Assembly (NCBI GenBank): GCA_963749495.1
Contig: CAVVMW010000005.1
Coordinates: 224,001-288,000 of the forward strand
Length of the DNA: 64,000 nucleotides
Reading direction: 5' to 3'
Source: an uncultured bacterium
GTDB taxonomy: Bacteria; Verrucomicrobiota; Verrucomicrobiia; Limisphaerales; UBA8199
Shown here: positions 10,066-23,220 of the stretch, in pieces
Layout of the letters: every line of letters begins with the position of its first letter
Numbering within the stretch: position 1 is the stretch's first letter
Notes under the pieces: model-generated
Told to the model about the DNA's origin: nothing
The model's input: the letters and a program-made list of their open reading frames with translations, nothing else
Database searches by the model: none
Made by a program: the position numbers and the translations under genes

Positions 10066-11155
10066 ATGGACGAGCACCCTCTGTTTTCCGGACCGCTGCC
10101 CGGGCCCACCCCGCCCGAGACGCCGGTCGATGCCGGTTCGCAGGCCCTGTCCGAGGCCCTGCGCAGCAGCTTTGTCGTCGTCAAACTTCTGATGCTCGGG
10201 CTTGTAGCCCTGTTCATCGCGTCGGGCCTCTTCGTAGTCGGCCCGCAGCAGCAGGCGATCATCCTGCGATTTGGCCGGCCGTTGGCCCAGGGCCGGCAGG
10301 CCCTGCTGGGCCCGGGCCTCCACTGGTCCTTTCCTTCCCCCATCGATGAGCCGGTCAAGGTCTCGATCTCCGGCATCCAGCAGGTCAAGTCCACCATCGG
10401 CTGGTTCGCCGTCACCCCCGAACAGGAACTCTCCGGCAACGAACCCCCAGCCCCGTTCGGGTTCCCGCTCGACCCGGTCCTGGACGGCTCCATCATCACC
10501 GCCGACGCGAACATCATCCACGCCCGCGCCACGCTGACCTATTACATCAGCGACCCGATCAACTACCTCTTCAACTTCGCCAATGCCTCGAACACGGTGC
10601 AGAGTGCCCTCGATAACGCCCTGCTTTACACCGCCTCGCGCTTCAAGGTCGATGACATTCTCAAGGGGGACGTGCTCGGCTTCAGAGACGCCGTGCGCAG
10701 GCGGGTTGCCGCGCTGGTCCAGCAGCAGGGCCTGGGAATAACCATCGACGACTGCGTCATCCTCAGCCGGCCGCCGCGGCAGTTGAAGCAGGACTTCGAG
10801 AGCGTCAACGCGGCCGACACGCGGCGCAACACCTTGATTACCGAGGCAAGGGGCTACGAGATCCAGACGACGAACCACGCCGCCGCCGAGGCCACCTCCC
10901 GCATCAAGCTGGCCGATTCCGAACGCGCCGTGTATGTCGCCGACATCTGCGCCCGCGCCAAGCAGTTCCAGGAGTTGCTCCCGCGCTACAACGAAAACCC
11001 CGCCCTCTTCGTCCAGCAGCGCCTGGTCAACACGCTGGGCTCCTGCATGACCAACCTCCAGGACAAGATCTTCGATCGCCAACCAACCCGGCGGCCACCA
11101 GGAACTGCGGCTCATGTTGAACACCGAACTGCCCAAGGCCAAGGAAGAGAAATGA
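10066..11155 (+). CDS. hflK: HflK-like SPFH protein (one +1 frameshift near 11074)
   Basis: AIILRFGRP, PGLHWSFP, ITADANIIH, PPRQLKQDF; the tail IANQPGGHQELRLMLNTE..KEEK* is in the next frame. Confidence 0.8.
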
Positions 11156-11189
11156 AATCCAAAATCCGAACCTCGATTATATTGACATC

Positions 11190-13211
11190 ATGCAAGTGAC
11201 TTCTCTTTTAAGCCGCCAGCACGAAGACGGGCAGGAGGCCTCCTGCCCTCCGTGCGGCGAGGACCATGAGCACGCCCCGGTCCGCCTGTGGCAGACCCTC
11301 TTGGGAGTGGTCTGCGTGGTGAACGCGTTTATCGTGGATTGGGCCTTGGAGAAGGGCCAAACGGTGGCCAGCGCCAGCGCGTTCATTGGCGCCATCACTC
11401 TCGGTTACCCCATCGTCTGGACCGCCATCAAGGACCTTTACCGCGGCATCCTCAGCATCAACGAGCTGGTCGCTATCGCCGTGCTGGCGGCCTTTGCCTC
11501 GACCGATTACAAGACCGCCGGTGTGGTGGCCTTCTTCATGCTCATGGGCGAGATCATCGAGACCCGCACGGCCGAGGGGGCGCGCGCCTCGATCGAATCG
11601 CTCATCCGGCTCACGCCCACCAAGGCGCGGCGCCTGACCCCGTCCGGCGAGGAGGAGGTGCCGGCGCAGCAATTGGCCGTGAACGACCTCATCCGCATCC
11701 GGCCCGGCGACAACGTCGCGGCTGACGGCGTCATCGTGAGCGGGCAGGGGTCGTTCAACCAGGCCACCATCACGGGCGAGTCGCTGCCGGCGGACAAGAA
11801 GCCCGGCGACGAGGTCTTCGCCGGGACGCAGAACCTGACCGGGGTGCTGGAGATCAAGGTGACGCGCGCGGGCGCGGACACCACGCTGGGCCGGGTGCGC
11901 GAGTTGATCCTGGCGGCCGAGAAGACCCGGCTTCCCATCATGAAGATCGTGGACCAATACATGGGTTTCTACACCCCGCTGGTCCTGGTCATCGCCGCGC
12001 TGGTTTGGGCCTTCACCAAGAACCTCAACAACGTCATCTCGGTCATCATCTTCAGTTGCCCGTGCGCTTTCATCCTGGCCACCCCCACGGCCATGGTCGC
12101 CGCCCTGTCGGCCGCCGCGCGCCTGGGCATTCTCATCAAGAACGTGGCCGACATCGAAATGGCCGCCAAGATCAACGCCTTCATTTTCGACAAGACCGGC
12201 ACGCTGACCACGGGCGAACTGGCGGTGAGCCGGCTGGCGCCCCTGGGTGAGACCAAACCTGCCGAGTTGCTGCGCCTGGCCGGCTCGGCCGAGAAATACA
12301 GCAACCACCCGACGGCCAAGGCCCTGGCCCAACTGGCCGCCGAGGCCGGCGTGCCCCTGGTCGAGCCCAAGGACTTCTCCGAGGCCGCCGGGCGCGGCGT
12401 CAAGGCCCAGGTCAACGGTTCGACCATCCTGGTCGGACGCGCGCAATGGCTCCGGGACAACCAGGTCACCGACGATTTCATGAAGTCGGTCGACCTCAAT
12501 GAGACCGAAGGCTGGAGCCTCATCTTCGTCGCCCGCGACCGCCGCTGCGTCGGGTGGGTCGGCCTCCAGGACCAGACCCGGGCCGAGGCCCGCCAGTCGC
12601 TCTTGGAATTGAAGGAGAACGGCGTGCGGCGGGTGGCGATGGTCTCCGGCGACCGCCAGCCGGTGGCCCTGCGCGTGGCCCAGCAAATCGGGTGCGAGGA
12701 GGTCAAAGGCGAGTGTCTGCCTCAAAACAAGGTCGAGTTCGTCCGCAGCGTCAAGGCCAAGGGCTTCAAGGTGGCGGTGGTGGGCGACGGCGTCAACGAT
12801 GCCCCGGCCCTGGCGGCCGGCGACATTGGCATCGCCATGGGCGCCGCCGGCAGCGAGGTGGCCATCCACAGCGCGACCATCGCCCTCATGAACAACGACC
12901 TGCGGCGCCTGCCCTTCCTGGTCAAGCTCTCGCGCAGCACCCGCTCGGTCATCAACCAAAATTTCCTGTTTGGCGTCGCCTTCATCATCGGCGGCATGAC
13001 CCTCGCCGCCCTGGGCCGGGTCCCGCCCATCGTGGCCGCAGCCCTGCACACCGGCGGCTCCCTCATCGTCGTGTTCAACAGCGCCCGCCTCGTGCGCAAG
13101 GGCGAGGAACTCGAGCACTACCAACCCCAGCCCGCTGCCCCCGCCAAACCGGCCCCCCCGGCGCTCCAACCCCCCCAACCGCAGCCCGAACTGGCCGCCA
13201 AAGGAGCATGA
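11190..13211 (+). CDS. Heavy-metal translocating P1B-type ATPase
   Basis: TGES, SCPC, DKTGTLT, HP and GDGVNDAPAL motifs; N-terminal CPPCGEDHEH. Confidence 0.95.
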   Translation: MQVTSLLSRQHEDGQEASCPPCGEDHEHAPVRLWQTLLGVVCVVNAFIVDWALEKGQTVASASAFIGAITLGYPIVWTAIKDLYRGILSINELVAIAVLAAFASTDYKTAGVVAFFMLMGEIIETRTAEGARASIESLIRLTPTKARRLTPSGEEEVPAQQLAVNDLIRIRPGDNVAADGVIVSGQGSFNQATITGESLPADKKPGDEVFAGTQNLTGVLEIKVTRAGADTTLGRVRELILAAEKTRLPIMKIVDQYMGFYTPLVLVIAALVWAFTKNLNNVISVIIFSCPCAFILATPTAMVAALSAAARLGILIKNVADIEMAAKINAFIFDKTGTLTTGELAVSRLAPLGETKPAELLRLAGSAEKYSNHPTAKALAQLAAEAGVPLVEPKDFSEAAGRGVKAQVNGSTILVGRAQWLRDNQVTDDFMKSVDLNETEGWSLIFVARDRRCVGWVGLQDQTRAEARQSLLELKENGVRRVAMVSGDRQPVALRVAQQIGCEEVKGECLPQNKVEFVRSVKAKGFKVAVVGDGVNDAPALAAGDIGIAMGAAGSEVAIHSATIALMNNDLRRLPFLVKLSRSTRSVINQNFLFGVAFIIGGMTLAALGRVPPIVAAALHTGGSLIVVFNSARLVRKGEELEHYQPQPAAPAKPAPPALQPPQPQPELAAKGA

Positions 13212-13215
13212 CGCC

Positions 13216-13330
13216 GAATGACGAATGACGAATGACGAATGACGAATGACGATCAGGCTGGGTTATGATTGCTGATCCCCCACTCCGCACTCCGCACTCG
13301 ACATTCCGCACTCGGACGCTCCGCACTCGG
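13216..13330. repeat. Heptamer repeats (GAATGAC)n then (ACTCCGC)n
   Basis: Seen directly between the P-type ATPase and the ABC ATPase. Confidence 0.8.
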
Positions 13331-13335
13331 AGACG

Positions 13336-14493
13336 GTGGTTTCCGTTGCCGGCCTGACGAAGGTCTTCAAGGATTTCTGGGGACGGCCCAAGGCCCGGGC
13401 GGTGGACCGTGTGGATTTCGAGGTTCGGCGGGGCGAGGTCTTCGGCCTGCTCGGGCCCAACGGCTCGGGCAAATCCACGACGGTCAAGTTGATCTTGGGC
13501 CTGCTCCATCCTACCCGGGGCCACATCGAGGTCTTTGGCCATTCGCCGCGGCACGTGGCCACCAAGGCCCGCATCGGCTACCTGCCCGAGGAGTCCTATC
13601 TCTACCGTTACCTGGACTCGAGGGAGACGCTGGACTTTTTCGGCAACCTCTTCGAGTTGCCGCGGGGCCAGCGCGCCAACCGCAGCGAGCAGTTGCTGGA
13701 GATGGTCGGCCTCAAACAGGTCCAGCGGCGCGCCGTGGGCGAGTTTTCCAAGGGCATGCAGCGCCGCATCGGCCTGGCCCAGGCGCTCATCAACGACCCG
13801 GACCTGGTCATCCTGGACGAACCGACCTCCGGGCTGGATCCCATCGGCTGCCGCGAGGTCAAGGACCTCATCCGGGCCCTGGCACGGCGCGGCAAGACCG
13901 TCCTCCTCAGCAGCCACCTGCTGGCTGATGTCGAGGACGTTTGCGACCGGGTCGTCATTTATTACGGCGGCAGGATTCAGGCCATGGGCAGCCTGAGCGA
14001 GTTGCTGGCCACGCCCGACTCGATCCGCATCACCACCCCCGCGCTCCCGCGCCAAACCATGGCGCGCGTCCTGGACCTCATCCGCAACGACGTGGCCGAG
14101 GACAAGGTCCGCATCGATACGCCCACGCAGAACCTGGAGAACTACTTCCTGGAGGTCGTCAGAAAGGCGCGGCAGGCGGCGGCCGAGACCTCCGGGGCGG
14201 TGTCCGGCGCGCGGGTGGCCGCCTATTTGCGCGGCGAGGCCGAGGGCCAGCCTGCAGGCGACAAGGTGCTGGAGCGGCTCGCCCAGGCCCCGGCGGCTCC
14301 GCTCCCGGTCCCGGCCCCAGCCTCCGAGCCGGCCCAGAAGGTGGACCAGGAAAAGCTCGAGGCCCTGGCCAAGGCCCCAGCCCCCGTTGGCCCGGTCCCG
14401 GCACCCGCCCCCGAACCGGACAAGGCGGCCCAACTCGACCAGGCCAACCAGAAGCTGGCGGCGCTCCTGGGACAGCCGGGAGAACGAAAGTGA
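13336..14493 (+). CDS. ABC transporter ATP-binding protein with Pro/Ala-rich C-terminal extension
   Basis: GPNGSGKST, FSKGMQRR, ILDEPTSGLD, SSH; true start uncertain. Confidence 0.95.
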   Translation: MVSVAGLTKVFKDFWGRPKARAVDRVDFEVRRGEVFGLLGPNGSGKSTTVKLILGLLHPTRGHIEVFGHSPRHVATKARIGYLPEESYLYRYLDSRETLDFFGNLFELPRGQRANRSEQLLEMVGLKQVQRRAVGEFSKGMQRRIGLAQALINDPDLVILDEPTSGLDPIGCREVKDLIRALARRGKTVLLSSHLLADVEDVCDRVVIYYGGRIQAMGSLSELLATPDSIRITTPALPRQTMARVLDLIRNDVAEDKVRIDTPTQNLENYFLEVVRKARQAAAETSGAVSGARVAAYLRGEAEGQPAGDKVLERLAQAPAAPLPVPAPASEPAQKVDQEKLEALAKAPAPVGPVPAPAPEPDKAAQLDQANQKLAALLGQPGERK

Positions 14494-14527
14494 GTAGAAG
14501 AGCATATCGAGGCCCCTGTGCGAGGCA

Positions 14528-14572
14528 CCGCGTAGCGGTGCCTGAAGGTAGCCGTGGACTTCCAGTCCACGG
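14528..14572. repeat. REP family B partial copy
   Basis: caccgcgtagcggtg followed by gtagccgtggacttccagtccacgg. Confidence 0.75.
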
Positions 14573-14590
14573 ATCTCCTTGCGGATTCTA

Positions 14591-15989
14591 ATGCAACGTC
14601 TCTACGCCATCACCTGGCTGACCTGGAAGGCCGCCTTTCGTTTCCGGCTCTTCCTGGTCGTTGCGGTGTTGCTGGTGGTCGGGGTGGTCGCGTTGCCGCT
14701 CATGGTCAAGGACGACGGCACGGCGCGCGGGTTCACGCAGATCCTGCTGACCTACACGCTCACGGCCATCACGGCGTTGCTGGGGTTGTCGACCCTCTGG
14801 CTGGCCTGCGGAACGCTGGCACGCGACATCGAGGAATGCCAGGTGCAGTTGGTCGCCGTCAAGCCCATCGCCCGCTGGCAGATCTGGCTGGGCAAGTGGC
14901 TGGGCATCGTCTCGCTCAACGCCCTTTTGCTGGCCTTGTCCGGGGGCTGTGTCTATGGCCTGTTGCTCTGGCGCGCCAGCCGCCTGCCCCAGGACGAACA
15001 GCAGAAACTGCGCAACGAAGTCCTCGTCGCACGCGCCTCGGCCCGCGAACCCAACTTCGACAAGGCCATCAATGCCCGCACCGAGCAGGTGCTCCGCCAG
15101 CGGCTCGAGCAGAATCCTCACCTGGGCAAGGCCGACCTCGACGAGGTCAAGAAGCAAATCCGCGAGAACATCAAGGCCGCCTATCAACTGGTCCTGCCCG
15201 GCTACCAATCCCGCCCCTGGCGCATCAACCTGGGCCTGGCCCGCTACCGCCTGCGCGGCCAACCTCTGTTCCTGCGCGTCAAGTTCAACGCCGCGGACAA
15301 GAGCCCCTCCGGCACCTACGGCGGCGTCGTCCGCGTCGGCGTGCCGCAAAAGACCCGGCTCTGGGAGAGCCCGCCCATGAGCATGGCTGCCGATACCTTT
15401 ATTGAGATGGAGCTTCCCCCGGGTCCCCGGACCTCTTCGACGAGGAAGGCGTGCTGACGGTCCTGTTTGGCAATCCCAACGACACCGCGCTGCTCTTCCC
15501 CTCGAGGACGGCGTCGAGGTCCTCTATCGCGAAGGCGGCTTCGGCCTCAATTTTGCGCGCGGGCTGGGCGTCATTTTGTGCTGGATGGCGCTGCTGGCCG
15601 CGCTCGGCCTGGCCGCCGCCAGCCTGCTCTCCTTCCCGGTGGCCGCCTTCTTTTCGCTGGGCTTGCTGGTGATGGCCTTGTCCAGCAACACGCTGGCCGG
15701 AGCGGTCGAGGAAGGCACCATCGCCGGCTATAACGCCGAGCGCGGCACCAAGGGCTCCTCCCCGGCGGATGTCCTGGTCATCCCGGCCTTTCGCGCCGCC
15801 CTCAGGCTCATCCACCTCGCCCTGGACTTCTCGCCTGTCAATTCGCTGAGCACCGGCCGGAGCGTCACCTGGGGCCAGCTCGGCCTGGCCTTTGGCGAGA
15901 TCGTCCTGCTCATGGGCGGCTCGCTCTCCCTGGTGGGCATCGTCATCTTCACCCGCCGCGAGCTGGCAACCGCGCAAGCAAACCAGTGA
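14591..15989 (+). CDS. ABC-2-type permease (frameshifts near 15425 and 15500)
   Basis: ARDIEECQVQLVAVKPIARWQIWLGKWLG; continues as DLFDEEGVLTVLFGNPNDTALLFP then LEDGVEVLYREGG...FTRRELA in adjacent frames. Confidence 0.85.
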
Positions 15990-15991
15990 TG

Positions 15992-16213
15992 AGTCCACAG
16001 TCCACAGTCCACAGTCCACAGTCGCGAGCGTTCCGCGCTCCGTCCGCGGACTGTGGACTGCGAAATCTGAGATTTGAAATCCCGGATTTGAAATCTGATA
16101 TCCGGACTGTGGACTGTGGACTGTGGACTGCGGACTGCGGACTGTGGACTGTGGACTGTGGACTGTGGACTGCGGACTGTGGACTGTGGACTGTGGACTG
16201 TGGACTGTGGACT
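15992..16213. repeat. Inverted heptamer arrays (AGTCCAC)n / (GGACTGT)n
   Basis: About four agtccac units, a spacer with gatttgaaat units, then about 15 ggactgt units. Confidence 0.9.
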
Positions 16214-16218
16214 AACTG

Positions 16219-17734
16219 ATGAGCCCCAAACTGAGCAAACCCATCCTGCTGGCGCTGATCGTGGTGCTCCTGTCGGCGGTGTTCGCCCTCCAGGGGTCGT
16301 TGAACCGCGACCGCGACCGGTTCGGCCTGACCCGCGTGGAACCGTTGGACAACGCCCCGCCGGTCCTGGCCTTCACGACGGTCGCCCTGGGCGGGTTCCG
16401 CGGTCTGATCTCGAACTTGCTGTGGATGCGCGCCACCGACCTCCAGGACCAGGACAAGTTCTTCGAGATGGCACAGTTGGCCGATTGGATTACCAAACTC
16501 GAACCGCACTATGTCCAGGTCTGGCTCGTCCAGGCCTGGAACATGGCCTACAACATCTCGGTCAAATTCACCGACTTCGCCGACCGCTGGCGCTGGGTCA
16601 AGCGCGGCATCGAGTTGCTGCGCGACGAGGGCCTGCGGTACAACCCGAACGAAGTGCTGATGTACCGCGAACTGGCATGGTTCTTCCAGCACAAGATGGG
16701 CGCCAACCTCGACGACGCCCACATGCATTACAAGCAGCAATGGGCCAACGAAATGGCCGAGGTTTTCGGCAAGCGCAGAAAGCCCAATCTGGACGAACTA
16801 ATCAACCCGCAAAATCCCGACCAGAAGGCCCGCGCCCTGCTCCTGGAGAAAAAATACAAGATGGACCCGCGCCTCATGAAAGAGGTCGACCAGAGCTACG
16901 GCCCGCTGGAGTGGCGCCTGCCGGAGGCCCACGCCATCTATTGGGCCTACAAGGGCCTCCAGGCCGCCGCCAACAACCCCGCCAGGATCAAACCCGAGGA
17001 CCTCATCACCCTCCGGCGCGTCATTTACCAGTCCATGCAACTGAGCTTCCAGCGCGGACGCCTGGTCGAAAACCCCTTCGCCGGCGGGTTCGAGTTCGGC
17101 CCGAACCTCGACATCATCCCCAAGGTCAGCGCCGCCTACGAGCAGGCCGCCACCGAGGACGCCGCCAACCACGACCACATCCTCATCGCCCACCGCAATT
17201 TCCTCAAGGACGCTGTTCTATTTCCTCTACGAATACAACCACATCTCCGATGCCGCCCGCTGGTACCAATACCTGGGCCAGCAATACCCGACCAACTCGG
17301 TCCTTGATTTCGACAACACCTCCCTCCCCAGCAAGGTCAGCCTCGACCGCTACTGCATCTTCCGCATCCAGGACGACGCCGACGGCACCCCGCGCGACCG
17401 GCTCACGGGCACCATCGAGGGACTGATCTGGCACTGTTACGCCAGCATCGCCATCGGGGAAAACGACCACGCCCTGGGCTACAAGCTCCTGGCCCGTAAA
17501 CTCTGGGACAATTATATGAACCGCATCCCGGCGGACCGCCGCCCGGCCGTTGGGCTCGACCCCTTCGAGGACATTGATAAGAGGGTGCTCCGCCGCGTGC
17601 TGGACCCTGAGACCGGCGCCTCGCCCGAGATCCGCGCCATCCTCCGCTCCAAGCTGGGCCTGGGCGCCGAGGAGATGCCCGGCCCAGCCCCCGCCCCCGG
17701 CACCAATGCCCCGCCCGAAAAGCCGCAGGCGTAG
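16219..17734 (+). CDS. Conserved hypothetical membrane-anchored helical (TPR-like) protein; frameshift near 17218
   Basis: N-terminal TM, ALGGFRGLISNLLWMRA, AWNMAYNISV, GLRYNP; continues YFLYEYN...EKPQA* in another frame. Confidence 0.8.
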
Positions 17735-17845
17735 CTCATTTGGACTGCGCCCGTCCTCGGGCTGAAGGCCCGAAATGTGACAGAGACTCGCCCGGCTCTG
17801 AGATGTGCTAAAATGATGTGTTGAAGCAGAGGGTGCGGCGGGCGT

Positions 17846-18511
17846 ATGATGATGCGTGTGAATTTCCGATTCGATGTTACCAAAGCCACGGAAGTGGCTT
17901 GTCAGTTCCTCAAGCGAGAGGGCGGTTCCATCAACGTCATGAAGCTGGTCAAGCTGGTTTATTTGCTGGACCGGCTCTCGGTGGCGCAACGCAGCATCCC
18001 GGTTGTCGGAGGCGCTTATTTTTCCCTCCCGAACGGGCCGATTACGAGCGAGTTCCTGGACCTCATCAATTCCGGCCTCCTGTGGGGCCTTCCGGAATGC
18101 CGCTGGGAGGAGTTCATCGGTGACCGCCAGGACCACCAGGTGGCGCTCCTCAAGGACGCTGGAGACGAGCACTTGTCAGAGTCAGAGATCGAGTTGATTG
18201 AGGCCCTCTATCGGGAGCACGGAAAGAAGAACCAATGGGAGCTGCGCAACTGGTGCCACGAGCACTGCGAAGAGTGGACCCCGCTGGAGGAAGGCCGCGA
18301 GCGCATTGGCCTTGACCGCATCGCCCGGGCGGTTGGCAAGACCGACGAGCAGATTGCCAGGCTCCAGGAGCGAGCCGCAGAACTGAAATTGATCCAACGG
18401 GGCGTGTTTACCGAAGTAAGGCCTGTACCGCCTCCAACGCTTCAGAGAATACTCCAGAGCGCGCGCCGCAGCCGCGAACTGTCTGCTGACAAGAAGCGCA
18501 TGGTGGGTTGA
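17846..18511 (+). CDS. Panacea/SocA (DUF4065)-domain antitoxin-like protein
   Basis: MKLVKLVYLLDR, LPNGPI, LSESEIELIE, WELRNWCHEHCEEW pattern; 3' end uncertain. Confidence 0.8.
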   Translation: MMMRVNFRFDVTKATEVACQFLKREGGSINVMKLVKLVYLLDRLSVAQRSIPVVGGAYFSLPNGPITSEFLDLINSGLLWGLPECRWEEFIGDRQDHQVALLKDAGDEHLSESEIELIEALYREHGKKNQWELRNWCHEHCEEWTPLEEGRERIGLDRIARAVGKTDEQIARLQERAAELKLIQRGVFTEVRPVPPPTLQRILQSARRSRELSADKKRMVG

Positions 18512-18615
18512 GAGTTGCGCGCCACAGGGCCGCGGGAACCCGGACTGTCATAGGAATTGGCCATTGCCACTTGAGCGTTGAGTGGCCCTCCAACGCCGTC
18601 TTTTCTAAGCGCAGC

Positions 18616-18656
18616 CCTGGAAAAGACCAAATACGCGAATTTGCGCCCCTGACCCC
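18616..18656 (+). repeat. 41-bp direct repeat, copy 1 (ends TGACCCC)
   Basis: cctggaaaagaccaaatacgcgaatttgcgcccctgacccc; 37/41 identical to 20343-20383. Confidence 0.85.
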
Positions 18657-18697
18657 TCCGTGACCCCTTCACGGGCGGTTGGGGGAGGCTTCGCGCC

Positions 18698-18907
18698 TCA
18701 GGCAACGGCGTTTAGTCCGCGGCTGGTGATGGTGGGCGCCTGCGTGGGCTGCGGGGCCGAGTGGGTAATCTGGGCAGCTTGTTGGCGCGCCAGTTTACGG
18801 ATGGCTTGCTGATCCCCTTTGGCGGCCTCCGCCTTGGTTTGTGTGGCCGTCTCTAATGCTTCCTGGGCCGTGCTGGCCGCGGAGGCCTGTATGCTCGATG
18901 TGATCAT
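18698..18907 (-). CDS. Small Ala/Gln/Thr-rich hypothetical protein
   Basis: 69-aa ORF QEALETATQTKAEAAKGDQQAIRKLA with coding-like composition and an A-rich upstream region. Confidence 0.55.
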   Translation of the reverse strand: MITSSIQASAASTAQEALETATQTKAEAAKGDQQAIRKLARQQAAQITHSAPQPTQAPTITSRGLNAVA

Positions 18908-19267
18908 ATTGTATGGTGGTTTTGTGTTTTATGTGGCGCGGGGGTGTGCCCGCAGCGGCACGGTTTGCAACTCATGCCATGATCATCGGTCAGATCCCCG
19001 GAAGCTTGAATTGAAGTTTCGTCACCGGACAGGACGCAAAGAGAAAGGGCTGGCCATTGGCGAATGGCGGCGGCGGTGATTTCGCCGAGTGGCCCCGTCA
19101 TTTGCCTGGCGGCAACGTTCGCGAAAGAGAATTCGGGCTGGAGCAAGGCAGGGAGCGCGGAACCGCTCAACAGGGGGAGGTCCAGCGTCGCATTGTGCGG
19201 GAGCCAAACGAGGGAACAGAGGGACCGGGGTTTGACCGGCCGGTGTTTGTGCATTACAGATTGGGAA

Positions 19268-20306
19268 ATGAAGACTCCGACCCTCGGCAAGGCCCTTCTC
19301 TTGCTCGCCATCACGCCGTGGTTCACGGGTTGTTCCAGCCTCGCGCCCCATTCGCGGCCGACGCAGTTGGGCGTTGCGGACCTCGGCCGGCCGCGCTTCC
19401 GCCCGACGCCACGGCCGCCAGTCCGCTCACCGGTACGCCGCAAACGCGAACTCCGGAATACCAGCCGGAACGCGGCGCGGTGGGCGCAGGCTCGGATGGG
19501 TGGCTGGAGGATCGGGGGCATTTCCAGTGGACCAAAGCGGACTCGGATAGGGTTGGCCCCGCCCCAACGGACGCTAGGGCCGGGAACGAGAGCATCTTCT
19601 CCAGAGGGTACTGGAGGCTTGTTGGGCAGGACGTCGTGGCCAGCGTCACGGCGCCGGCGCACTGGGATACGCGGGACTGGCTGGTCTTCGGCGGAGTAGT
19701 CGCGGGGGTCGGCACCGTGGCGGTCTTCGACGAGGATATCCAGCGGGCGGTGCAGCGGAACCGCAACGGCACTGTGAACAGCATCTTCAACGCCGTGGAA
19801 CCGTTCGGCAACGAATATGCGCCGGCGGTACTCGGGGCATTTTATGCGGGGGGCGAGCTTTTCAAGGACTCGCGGGCGAAAGTCGTCGCCTTGGATGGCG
19901 CTTCCGCCAGCATCATTGCTTCGGGCTTCCTGCTTCAGCCGCTGAAGTACGGCATCGGGCGAAGCCGACCGGGCGCCGGCGCGGGCGCCTATGATTCTCA
20001 TCCGTTCAGCGGCGCAGACTCCTTTCCGTCCGGGCACGCCACCGAGGCCTTCGCACTCGCCACGGTAATAGCGGAACACTACGACTCGCTCTTGATCAAG
20101 CTGACCGCCTACGGGGTGGCCAGCGCCGTGGGCTATGCGCGCGTGAACAACAATGCGCATTGGGCCTCGGACGTCCTCGCCGGCGCCGCCCTGGGCACCT
20201 TTGTCGGCCACGTCGTCGTGCATTACAACCTCGCCCGAAGGAATATCTCGCTCGCGCCCCTTGTGGCCCCGGCTTTCAAGGCGTCCAGTTCACGCTCTCC
20301 TTCTGA
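19268..20306 (+). CDS. PAP2-family phosphatase, probable lipoprotein (frameshifts near 19385 and 20270)
   Basis: Lipobox-like FTGC; KYGIGRSRP, SFPSGHA, ARVNNNAHWASDVLAGA; C-terminus GFQGVQFTLSF* in a shifted frame. Confidence 0.85.
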
Positions 20307-20342
20307 GACCAGCGCGAAGGGCCTCTGCCGGAAAGCGCCGCG

Positions 20343-20383
20343 CCTGGAAAAGACCCAATATGCGAATGTGCGCCACTGACCCC
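20343..20383 (+). repeat. 41-bp direct repeat, copy 2
   Basis: cctggaaaagacccaatatgcgaatgtgcgccactgacccc. Confidence 0.85.
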
Positions 20384-20384
20384 T

Positions 20385-22785
<2,401 letters not shown>

Positions 22786-22799
22786 ACGCTCTCCCTCTC

Positions 22800-23219
22800 C
22801 TACTGGCCCGCCGCGCCCGGCTGCGGGCTCCGCGCCGTCGGTTGGTCCAAAAAGAGTAGCTGCTGGTGCCCGGGCCGGCCCACGAGCGCCACCGGGCGGT
22901 CGGGGAACAGGGCCAGCAATTGCTCGTCGTCGATAAACTTCACCGGCGGGACCTTGAGGGCCGCGACCGACGCGACGGTGCCCTGCGTCTTGACAACCGG
23001 GACCGGGTGGGTCTCGGTGCGAGGAGGCCAGGAGAAAAAGATTGCCGCCAGGAAGGCGAGCGGCAGCGAGGCCAGCGCGCACGCCCGCGCGAGCCGCCGC
23101 GAGCGGCGGCGGCGGCGCATCGCGGCAAGTCCCTGTTCGAGCGAGACTTGGCGGAAACCGCAGACCTCCTCTCCGGCGAGGAGGTCGTTCAACAATCGAT
23201 CCTGTTCAGAGTGTTTCAT
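22800..23219 (-). CDS. Putative anti-sigma membrane protein
   Basis: Directly downstream of the ECF sigma; poly-Arg then a single TM; IDDEQLLALFP C-terminus. Confidence 0.65.
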   Translation of the reverse strand: MKHSEQDRLLNDLLAGEEVCGFRQVSLEQGLAAMRRRRRSRRLARACALASLPLAFLAAIFFSWPPRTETHPVPVVKTQGTVASVAALKVPPVKFIDDEQLLALFPDRPVALVGRPGHQQLLFLDQPTARSPQPGAAGQ

Positions 23220-23220
23220 G

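Noticed and set aside
7871..13178. Long antisense ORFs (728, 384 and 656 aa) opposite the SPFH and ATPase genes, and similar ones elsewhere
   Set aside because: These are shadow ORFs caused by high GC3 on the coding strand and carry no recognisable motifs.
15992..16213. CRISPR array or protein-coding repeat (VDCGLWT ORFs)
   Set aside because: It is a pure 7-bp tandem repeat without spacers; the ORFs across it are artefacts.
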